From Bacteroidales bacterium UBA3843 (GTDB taxonomy: Bacteria > Bacteroidota > Bacteroidia > Bacteroidales > Paludibacteraceae): a stretch of DNA of 64,000 nucleotides. Location: the NCBI GenBank assembly GCA_002392745.1, contig DGHR01000003.1, positions 65,154 to 129,153 of the forward strand, written 5' to 3'. The notes beneath the pieces were generated by a model. That model did no database searches. It saw only the letters and a program-made list of their open reading frames with translations, and had not been told where the DNA came from. Of the stretch, positions 18,890-26,789 are shown one piece after another. Each line of letters opens with the position of its first letter. Within the stretch, counting starts at the first letter, position 1. The translations under genes and the position numbers were made by a program.

Positions 18890-21745
18890 ATGAACGTAGT
18901 TGAAGAATTCTTGTTTCACCCCTCCATCACACAGTCGTTGCTATGGCTGACCATTGTGATGACAATAGGTCTATGGCTCGGAGAGAAAGCCAAGATAAAA
19001 CACTTCTCTCTGGGGGTGACATGGGTGTTGTTTGTCGGTATAGCACTGGCTTCGTTCGGCGTGAATATCGACCATAGCGTAGCACAATTTGCCAAGGATT
19101 TCGGATTAATACTATTTGTTTATTCCATTGGACTGCAGGTTGGTCCTTCCTTTTCTCCCTTCAAACGCGGCGGTTTGCAGTTGAATATGCTGGCAGCAGC
19201 AGTCGTATTGCTTGGTTGCGTATGCGCCATTATTTTGCACTATGTTACCGGAATAGATATGTCCACTATAGCCGGAATCATGTCCGGCGCCACCACTTCA
19301 ACACCGTCGCTGGCCGCCGCACAGCAGGCATATCAGGACATCACCGGTCAAATCAATCCGGATATAGCCACCGGTTATGCAGTTGCCTATCCGCTTAGTA
19401 TTGTCGGTGTTATTCTTGCGTTTGAACTAATCCGCCGTGCGTTCCGCATCAGTCTGCCAGAAGAAGAGAAAAGGCTACGTTCGGAAGCAGCAGCTGAGAC
19501 GGATGAACCCATTTGTGTGGATATAACGCTGAACAACCCGCAACTGGGCACAATGACCCTGGACGAGTTGCAGCAGGTATGTCCCGTTAAAGAAATGGTT
19601 GTCAGCCGTGTAATCCGTCCGAACGGTTCGGATGAACTAATCAATGAGCAAACCACATTCAGCAACGGCGATACAATCCGGGTCCTGACCGACAAACAGC
19701 ATCTGACAGCCCTGCGCCTACTGGGACCATTGAAAGACTACGACCTCCGCTCCCAAAAAGAGAAATCCGACCATCTGATTTCCCGCCGTATAGCAGTAAC
19801 ACGTCCGGAATGCAACGGCAAACGAATCCGTTCGTTCAATCTGCGGCAACAATACCACGCCACCATTACCCGTGTGAGCCGCGCAGGAATAGACCTGCTG
19901 GCTACGCCGGATATGGTTCTGCAACTGGGTGACCGTTTGATGGTAGTAGGCGACAAAAACGATGTAAGCCGCGTAGCGGAGACTTTCGGAAACGAATTGA
20001 AACGCTTGGATGTACCACATCTGCTGCCTGTTTTCTTCGGAATGGTGCTGGGTATTTGTGTAGGCCTGTTGCCGATTCCTATTCCCGGAATGGGGCAGAC
20101 ATTCAAATTGGGACTGGTGGGCGGTTCGCTCATCGTAGCCATACTAATAGGACACTACGGACCATATTACAACATGGTGACGTTTTCCACCACATCCGCC
20201 AATATGATGTTGCGCCAAGTAGGACTGACGCTGTTTCTTGCCGCACTGGGACTGAGTGTCGGAGAGAATTTCGTACCGACCCTGACAGGCGGAGGTTATT
20301 TATGGATAGGTTACGGTTTCCTGATTACCATAGTTCCGTTGCTGATAGTCGGTATCGTGGCATACAAATGGTTGCATATCAACTATTTCAATGTCGTCGG
20401 TCTGCTGGTCGGCTCCATGACATCAGCTATGGCGTTGCCGTATGCCCAGTCGCAGTCCAACGAAAACAACCAGGCGGCAGTATGCTATGCAACCGTATAT
20501 CCGTTTACCACTTTCCTGCGCGTAATGGGAGCCCAGTTGCTCGTAATCATCTTCTGCAGTTTCAGTTCGCCGGACAGTATCCAGCCGCAAAGACTGGCAC
20601 AGACCATAAATACATTGCAGGGGGAGGAATACGGTCCGGTGCTGACGATAGATGACCAGACTCTCTATTTCGTAGGTCTGAACCGCGAGGACGGGACAGA
20701 GACAGAAGATATTTATGTCTCCCGCCGTGACAAACGTACAGGCGAGTGGGGGACAGCGCGGCGTATCGCCGAATTGAGCAATCCCTATCGAAACGAAGCT
20801 CCGACTTCCGTCAGCGGAGACGGACGGACGATGCTACTTTTTGTAGAAGGACGGATGTGTTTCTCTGTCCGTCAAGGCAATATGTGGAGCGAACCCCGCC
20901 CGTTGCCCCAATACCTGCAACTCGGGAACTGGCAAGCGGATGCCATGATTACGGCAGACGGTCAGGCATTGCTCTTCGCCGCCCATTACCCGGCAGAGGG
21001 AGAAGAAAAGCCGTCTTTGAATATCTTTGTGAGCGAACGCGACGCACAGGGACGCTGGGGCAAACCATATTCAATAGGCGGAGCTATCAATACTTCCGGT
21101 ATGGAACGTTCGCCATTCCTGCATCCGGACATGAAAACGCTGTATTTCTCCTCGGACAGAGAAGGAACTACAGGTGATTTGGATGTATGGGTCAGCCGTA
21201 GGTTGAGCGACACCTGCTGGAATTGCTGGTCGGAACCGGAAAACCTCGGACCGCAAATCAATACTACAGGGCGTGACTGCTGGTACAAGATAACCGCAGA
21301 CGGCCGTCAGGCCTATTATGCCCGCAAATCAGGACGGGTGCATGATATCTACGCCGTCAGCCTGCCGGAAGACAAAAGACCTGAGCAGATTACCGTACTG
21401 ACCGCCAATACGCCTATCGCCATCGAAAATCTGCTGTTTGAAACCGGTAGCGATGTGATAATAGCCAATTCGTTGCCGGAACTGAAACGCATTGCCGTTT
21501 TCATACAGACCTACGGTTACAGAGTGCGATTGGCCGGTCATACAGACAATATAGGGCAGGCGGAAGCCAACAAAAAACTCTCTCAAGCCCGTGCAGAGGC
21601 TGTGAAACGGCAATTAGTGGTCTACGGCTGTACCCCGGAGTCCATCAGCGCATTTGGCTACGGCGACACCAAACCGGTGGCGACCAACGAGACAGAAGAC
21701 GGCCGTCAGTCCAACAGACGAGTAGAAATCACTTTGATACCATAA
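18890..21745 (+). CDS. fusion protein: AAE-family (YidE/YbjL/AspT-like) transporter with two RCK_C domains, fused to PD40 beta-propeller repeats and an OmpA-like peptidoglycan-binding domain
   Basis: Single 951-aa ORF. The first ~557 aa have 5+5 hydrophobic segments flanking two TrkA-C-like domains. The rest has PD40-like repeats (DIYVSRRDKRTGEWG.., LYFSSDREGTTGDLDVWVSRR) and an OmpA_C motif (LAGHTDNIGQAEANKKLSQARAEAV...NRRVEITL). Confidence 0.8.
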   Translation: MNVVEEFLFHPSITQSLLWLTIVMTIGLWLGEKAKIKHFSLGVTWVLFVGIALASFGVNIDHSVAQFAKDFGLILFVYSIGLQVGPSFSPFKRGGLQLNMLAAAVVLLGCVCAIILHYVTGIDMSTIAGIMSGATTSTPSLAAAQQAYQDITGQINPDIATGYAVAYPLSIVGVILAFELIRRAFRISLPEEEKRLRSEAAAETDEPICVDITLNNPQLGTMTLDELQQVCPVKEMVVSRVIRPNGSDELINEQTTFSNGDTIRVLTDKQHLTALRLLGPLKDYDLRSQKEKSDHLISRRIAVTRPECNGKRIRSFNLRQQYHATITRVSRAGIDLLATPDMVLQLGDRLMVVGDKNDVSRVAETFGNELKRLDVPHLLPVFFGMVLGICVGLLPIPIPGMGQTFKLGLVGGSLIVAILIGHYGPYYNMVTFSTTSANMMLRQVGLTLFLAALGLSVGENFVPTLTGGGYLWIGYGFLITIVPLLIVGIVAYKWLHINYFNVVGLLVGSMTSAMALPYAQSQSNENNQAAVCYATVYPFTTFLRVMGAQLLVIIFCSFSSPDSIQPQRLAQTINTLQGEEYGPVLTIDDQTLYFVGLNREDGTETEDIYVSRRDKRTGEWGTARRIAELSNPYRNEAPTSVSGDGRTMLLFVEGRMCFSVRQGNMWSEPRPLPQYLQLGNWQADAMITADGQALLFAAHYPAEGEEKPSLNIFVSERDAQGRWGKPYSIGGAINTSGMERSPFLHPDMKTLYFSSDREGTTGDLDVWVSRRLSDTCWNCWSEPENLGPQINTTGRDCWYKITADGRQAYYARKSGRVHDIYAVSLPEDKRPEQITVLTANTPIAIENLLFETGSDVIIANSLPELKRIAVFIQTYGYRVRLAGHTDNIGQAEANKKLSQARAEAVKRQLVVYGCTPESISAFGYGDTKPVATNETEDGRQSNRRVEITLIP

Positions 21746-21758
21746 ATAAAAGAACGAT

Positions 21759-23345
21759 ATGAAAAAACATCTATTTATTCTAATGTCAACACTCCTGCCT
21801 CTACTGATGTATGCGCAGGAACGAATTATGGTTATTACCGATCCGCACGTACTGCCGCAGGAACTATTTGACGCAGACAGTCAGTCGTTCCGGGAGATGA
21901 TGGACGGTCAACGCAAGATGCTGGATTTGAGCGAACCAATCTGGCGTGCGTTGATGGATACGGCATTGAAATACAAACCCGAAGTGCTGCTTATTCCCGG
22001 CGATTTGACCAAAGACAGTGAAAAAGCGAGCCATGAGTTGATTATCAACTCGTTGCAGAAATTAAAAGAGGCGGGCATTAAGACACTGGCTATCCCCGGC
22101 AATCATGACGTAGGCGGAAACGCTTATTCATACATGGGAGCCGAGAAAACGAGCGTAGACAATATGCCTGACACGGAGTGGGAGAGTGCCTACTCATGGA
22201 TTTATGAGCAGGTTTTGTCCAAGGATACCGGTTCCCATTCCTATGTAGCAGAGCCGATAGACGGTATTACGATTATTGGCATTGACGGTTCGGACAATAA
22301 TGCCGCAACGGGAAAATTGTCAGATGCTTCGCTTGCATGGGTGCTGGCCCAGGCAGATGCAGCAAACGCAAAAGGCAACACCATTATAGCCATGAGCCAT
22401 TGGCAGTTGCTGGAGCATGTTGACAAGCAAGGCATGCTAGAAAGTTCCTGCCGTTTTGAGAAGGCCGATGCCATCCGTGACAGTCTGATACATCATGGTG
22501 TCCGTTTGCTGCTGACCGGTCATTTCCATATAAACAGCATATCCACGTACCGCGATACCACCGGCCTGACAAATGACAGCATCGTGGAAATCTCTACCGG
22601 TTCGCCGATTACCTATCCGTGTCCTTACCGTTGGCTGACTCTATCAGCAGACCGTCAGACAGTGGATGTGGAAACAGATTATCTGACAGCAGTGGACACG
22701 ATTGCGGACCTGTACACCTACAGCCGCGAATGGATGCGCGTGCATGCAACGAACATGATACCCCAGATGACCTTGCGCGCATGGGCCAAAGCAGACCAGG
22801 CGCTGGATATGCTACGAAACAACTCACAGTTAGGAGGAGATGTACTTGCCAATTTGTTGGAACAGTCGATGCCGACAACCGATTCCGCCAAAATCGACTT
22901 GGTACAACGCCATCTGGGACAAACAGCAGTAGAAATGTATCTGCTCCATAGTGATGCCAACGAACCGGAACATCCGGAGGCGGATTCGCTGGCTATGGCG
23001 GTATATGACGGCATGGAGTCAATGATTAAGGAGATGACAAACAGTACAATGTGGAATTTCTTCAGTGAGATGCGTACAATGCTGATAAACGGCGCCAAGT
23101 TAGTAGCAGAAGAACCCGTTCAGTCGCTGGTGGAGGATATGACCAACTGGCGTTCGGATCTCTATTACAACCGTACCGACGACCTGAAACTGCGCCTCAA
23201 AATAAACGGCGAGCAAGTGCAAGCAGTAGAGCAGACGCCGGTTCCCTTGACTGCAAATCAAAAATATGATATTCTGGGGCGGCCGATAGCCAGTCCGCAA
23301 CAAGGAACCGTTTACATTCAGGATGGTAAGAAAATATTACGCTAA
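21759..23345 (+). CDS. secreted calcineurin-like metallophosphoesterase
   Basis: 528 aa with a signal peptide. The phosphoesterase motifs are present: ITDPH, GDLTKD, GNHD, GHFH. Confidence 0.85.
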   Translation: MKKHLFILMSTLLPLLMYAQERIMVITDPHVLPQELFDADSQSFREMMDGQRKMLDLSEPIWRALMDTALKYKPEVLLIPGDLTKDSEKASHELIINSLQKLKEAGIKTLAIPGNHDVGGNAYSYMGAEKTSVDNMPDTEWESAYSWIYEQVLSKDTGSHSYVAEPIDGITIIGIDGSDNNAATGKLSDASLAWVLAQADAANAKGNTIIAMSHWQLLEHVDKQGMLESSCRFEKADAIRDSLIHHGVRLLLTGHFHINSISTYRDTTGLTNDSIVEISTGSPITYPCPYRWLTLSADRQTVDVETDYLTAVDTIADLYTYSREWMRVHATNMIPQMTLRAWAKADQALDMLRNNSQLGGDVLANLLEQSMPTTDSAKIDLVQRHLGQTAVEMYLLHSDANEPEHPEADSLAMAVYDGMESMIKEMTNSTMWNFFSEMRTMLINGAKLVAEEPVQSLVEDMTNWRSDLYYNRTDDLKLRLKINGEQVQAVEQTPVPLTANQKYDILGRPIASPQQGTVYIQDGKKILR

Positions 23346-23422
23346 AGGCTAAAAAATAATATATATTTTCCAAAAAAGGAAAAAATCGTGCGTGTGTACT
23401 TGCATATGTGCGATTTATTTTG

Positions 23423-23430
23423 TACCTTTG
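23423..23430 (+). promoter_or_regulatory. candidate -7 box (TAccTTTG) of the V-ATPase operon
   Basis: tacctttg is preceded about 20 nt upstream by cttgcatat. It lies 137 nt before the first V-ATPase ATG. Confidence 0.45.
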
Positions 23431-23505
23431 CAGCGAATATTTATCAGTTATGCGGGGAAATAGACAAAATTCCGCCAAACTTTCGGCAGCCCCTCTACAA
23501 AACTC

Positions 23506-23542
23506 CGATAAAACCTCGATAAAACCTCGATAAAACCTCGAT
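23506..23542 (+). repeat. 11-nt tandem repeat (CGATAAAACCT x3.4) in the V-ATPase 5' leader
   Basis: Three perfect copies at 23506-16, 23517-27 and 23528-38, plus a partial cgat. Confidence 0.9.
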
Positions 23543-23566
23543 CACGAATTTAAATACACAAATACA

Positions 23567-24151
23567 ATGAATCTTTCAGAATTAACCAACAAAATCTACA
23601 CGGAAGGTGTAGAAAAAGGCAACGCCGAAGCTCAACAAATCGTAGAGAAGGCCAATGCTCAAGCCCAAGAAATCATTTCCCAGGCCGAGAAGAAAGCATC
23701 TCAAATAGTAGCAGCCGCCGAGCAACAAGCCCAGGATTTGGACAAAAAGACGCGCGCAGAGTTGAAATTGTATGCAGCGCAGAGTGTCAGCGCCGTAAAG
23801 ACAGAGATTACAAACCTGCTGGCGGACACTATTTCCTCTGACAGTGTGAAAGCCGCTACAGCCGATGCCAAGTTCATGCAAGGACTGATTGCCAAGTTGG
23901 CCGAGCAGATGGCTAAAGACGGCGATGTTGTCATCGAAACAAAAGACGCCGAGGCTCTGAAGAAATATTTTACTGCCAACGCCAAGGGATTGCTGGAAAA
24001 GGGTGTGACCATCAAGGAAGTCAAAGGTATCAAAACCGAATTTACCATCCAACCTGCCAAGGGCGGCTACAAGCTCGCGTTCGGTGACGCTGAGTTCATT
24101 GCCTACTTCAAGGAAATGCTGAGACCTCAATTGGTAGAGATGCTGTTCTAA
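23567..24151 (+). CDS. V-type ATP synthase subunit E
   Basis: 194 aa. A long Ala/Gln/Glu-rich N-terminal helix and a globular C-terminus are typical of V/A-ATPase E. It is the first gene of the operon. Confidence 0.85.
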   Translation: MNLSELTNKIYTEGVEKGNAEAQQIVEKANAQAQEIISQAEKKASQIVAAAEQQAQDLDKKTRAELKLYAAQSVSAVKTEITNLLADTISSDSVKAATADAKFMQGLIAKLAEQMAKDGDVVIETKDAEALKKYFTANAKGLLEKGVTIKEVKGIKTEFTIQPAKGGYKLAFGDAEFIAYFKEMLRPQLVEMLF

Positions 24152-24154
24152 CAT

Positions 24155-24186
24155 CGTAGTTTGCGTAATTACGTAGTTTGCGTAAT
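24155..24186 (+). repeat. direct repeat (CGTAGTTTGCGTAAT x2, 17-nt period) in the E to DUF2764 spacer
   Basis: Identical 15-mers at 24155-24169 and 24172-24186. Confidence 0.8.
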
Positions 24187-24235
24187 GTAAATAATCAACA
24201 AATGTTACGGAAACAACGAAAACAACGTTTACAAA

Positions 24236-24958
24236 ATGGGTTATGAATATTTATTAACAGGACTGCCGGAACTGCGAGTGGACGGAGATGCCCCCATATC
24301 AATGGAGGATCTTTTGACACTATTTGCCGAATCGCTCAATGAGAAAGATTTGGAGGCTTTGCGTGTTCTCCAAATGCACAACGACGATGAGACAATCCTA
24401 AGTTTGCAGGAGCAGTACAACGATTCATTTATCGGTCGTCCCGACTGGTGGGATGACGCTATAAACAGGCTGAGCGAAGAAGATTTGCGTACGCAGCTGC
24501 TTTATGAATATGGCAAGCAAAGCAAATGCCGTTTTGTGCGCGAATGGTTCGCTTATAACCAGGACTTGAACAATGTGATGGTTGCCACTATCTGCCGCAA
24601 ACACGGATTCGATGTGTCCAAAGCGATAATCGGACATAATGAGGTCGCGGAGATTTTACGCAAGAACCTTCCCCAAAAAGACTTCGGTTTGGCCGGAGTA
24701 ATGGACAACCTGCCGGAGATTATGGCGGTGGTAGAAGTAGATAATCTGCGTGAGCGTGAAAAACGCCTTGATGCCCTCCGTTTCATATGGCTGGAAGAAA
24801 CGACACGGTTCAATGTGTTTTCTATAGAAAACGTACTGGCATATTACTTGCAGATACAGATGTTGCACCGCTGGTCGCTCCTGACCGTAGAAGAAGGCGA
24901 GAAAGTGTTCCGCGAGTTAGTGGCGGACATGAAAAAAGGAGTCAATCTAGACGCGTAA
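24236..24958 (+). CDS. DUF2764-family protein (Bacteroidetes V-ATPase-associated, subunit C-like position)
   Basis: 240 aa. Its position between subunits E and A, and the MGYEYLLTGLPEL start, are typical of DUF2764 genes in Bacteroidetes V-ATPase operons. Confidence 0.75.
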   Translation: MGYEYLLTGLPELRVDGDAPISMEDLLTLFAESLNEKDLEALRVLQMHNDDETILSLQEQYNDSFIGRPDWWDDAINRLSEEDLRTQLLYEYGKQSKCRFVREWFAYNQDLNNVMVATICRKHGFDVSKAIIGHNEVAEILRKNLPQKDFGLAGVMDNLPEIMAVVEVDNLREREKRLDALRFIWLEETTRFNVFSIENVLAYYLQIQMLHRWSLLTVEEGEKVFRELVADMKKGVNLDA

Positions 24959-25018
24959 AACTACGCAGCCGACACAAATTATCCGGTTAACAAAAAGATA
25001 ACAATAGAATTTTAAGAT

Positions 25019-26776
25019 ATGACAACAGGAAAAGTAAAAGGTATTATCTCCAACCTGGTCACCATACAGGTAAACGGTCCGGTGGCTCAAAACGAGATCT
25101 GCTACATTTCGGTAGGCGATGTGAAGCTGATGGCGGAGGTAATCAAAGTGATAGGCGAAAATGTCTATGCACAGGTATTTGAATCTACGCGTGGTCTGAA
25201 AGTGGGCAACGCAGTAGAGTTTACCGGTCACATGCTTGAGGTGACGCTCGGTCCCGGTCTGTTGAGCCGTAACTACGACGGTCTGCAGAACGACTTGGAC
25301 AAACTGACGGGTGTGTTCCTCAAACGCGGCGAGTACAACTTCCCGCTGGACGAGCAGAAGAAATGGGATTTCAAACCTATCGCCAAAGTGGGTGACAAGG
25401 TGGAAGCCGCTTCCTGGCTGGGAGAAGTGGACGAGAATCACCAACCACACAAGATTATGGTGCCCTTCGTATTCGAAGGAGCCTACACCGTCAAGGCTAT
25501 CAAAGCAGCCGGTCAATACACTATCAACGAGGAGATTGCCGTGCTGACCGATGCCGAAGGACAAGACCACACAGTGACGATGGTTCAGAAATGGCCGGTG
25601 AAGAAAGCTATTCTGGCTTACCGCGAAAAACCGCGCCCCTTCAAGCTGTTAGAGACAGGTGTGCGTACGATAGACACCGCCAACCCGCTTTGCGAGGGAG
25701 GTACAGGGTTCATCCCCGGTCCGTTCGGAACGGGTAAAACCGTGCTCCAGCACGCCATCTCCAAACAAGCCGAGGCGGATATCGTGATTATCGCTGCGTG
25801 CGGAGAGCGTGCCAATGAGGTAGTGGAAACCTTTACCGAGTTTCCGGAACTGGAGGATCCGCACACCGGCCGCAAACTGATGGAGCGTACTATCATTATT
25901 GCCAACACATCCAACATGCCGGTGGCCAGCCGTGAGGCATCTGTATATACATCCATGACCATTGCCGAGTATTATCGTTCGATGGGTCTGCGTGTGCTGC
26001 TGATGGCTGACTCAACGAGCCGTTGGGCACAGGCGTTGCGTGAGATGTCTAACCGTCTGGAGGAGTTGCCGGGACAAGATGCGTTCCCAATGGACCTATC
26101 CGCTATCATCGGTGCTTTCTACGCCCGCGCAGGTTATGTTTATTTGAATAACGGCGCAACGGGTTCCGTCACTTTCCTCGGAACTGTTTCACCTGCCGGC
26201 GGTAACCTCAAAGAGCCTGTGACCGAAGGTACGAAAAAAGTGGCACGATGCTTCTATGCTTTGGAGCAGGCCCGTGCCGACCGCAAGCGCTATCCGGCTG
26301 TAAACCCGATAGACAGTTACTCCAAATATGTGGAATATCCTGAGTTCGAGGAATATATTTCCGGCCTGATAGACAAAAACTGGCTGCCGATGGTGAACGA
26401 CATGAAGACTTATCTGCAGCGCGGCAAAGAGATACAGGAGCAAATCAACATCCTTGGTGATGACGGTGTGCCTGTTGATTATCACGAGGCTTTCTGGAAA
26501 TCCGAGGTTATAGACTTTGTAATCCTTCAGCAGGATGCTTTTGATAAGATTGATGCCGTTTGTCCGCTGGAGCGCCAGCAATATATGCTCCGTCTGGTAA
26601 TGGATATTTGTAACCATGATTATAATTTCGACAACTTCCTTGACGTCATCGATTATTTCAAGCGCGTCATCAACCTCTGCAAGCAGATGAACTATTGCGA
26701 GTTCCACTCCGCAGAGTTTGAGGATTATCGCAAGAAACTCGATGAACTGTTAGCAGAGAAACAAATCGCTGCATAA
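25019..26776 (+). CDS. V-type ATP synthase catalytic subunit A
   Basis: 585 aa with Walker A GPFGTGKTV and the conserved SRWAQALRE and GSVTFLGTVSPAGG segments. Confidence 0.95.
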   Translation: MTTGKVKGIISNLVTIQVNGPVAQNEICYISVGDVKLMAEVIKVIGENVYAQVFESTRGLKVGNAVEFTGHMLEVTLGPGLLSRNYDGLQNDLDKLTGVFLKRGEYNFPLDEQKKWDFKPIAKVGDKVEAASWLGEVDENHQPHKIMVPFVFEGAYTVKAIKAAGQYTINEEIAVLTDAEGQDHTVTMVQKWPVKKAILAYREKPRPFKLLETGVRTIDTANPLCEGGTGFIPGPFGTGKTVLQHAISKQAEADIVIIAACGERANEVVETFTEFPELEDPHTGRKLMERTIIIANTSNMPVASREASVYTSMTIAEYYRSMGLRVLLMADSTSRWAQALREMSNRLEELPGQDAFPMDLSAIIGAFYARAGYVYLNNGATGSVTFLGTVSPAGGNLKEPVTEGTKKVARCFYALEQARADRKRYPAVNPIDSYSKYVEYPEFEEYISGLIDKNWLPMVNDMKTYLQRGKEIQEQINILGDDGVPVDYHEAFWKSEVIDFVILQQDAFDKIDAVCPLERQQYMLRLVMDICNHDYNFDNFLDVIDYFKRVINLCKQMNYCEFHSAEFEDYRKKLDELLAEKQIAA

Positions 26777-26789
26777 TGGGGATTATATC

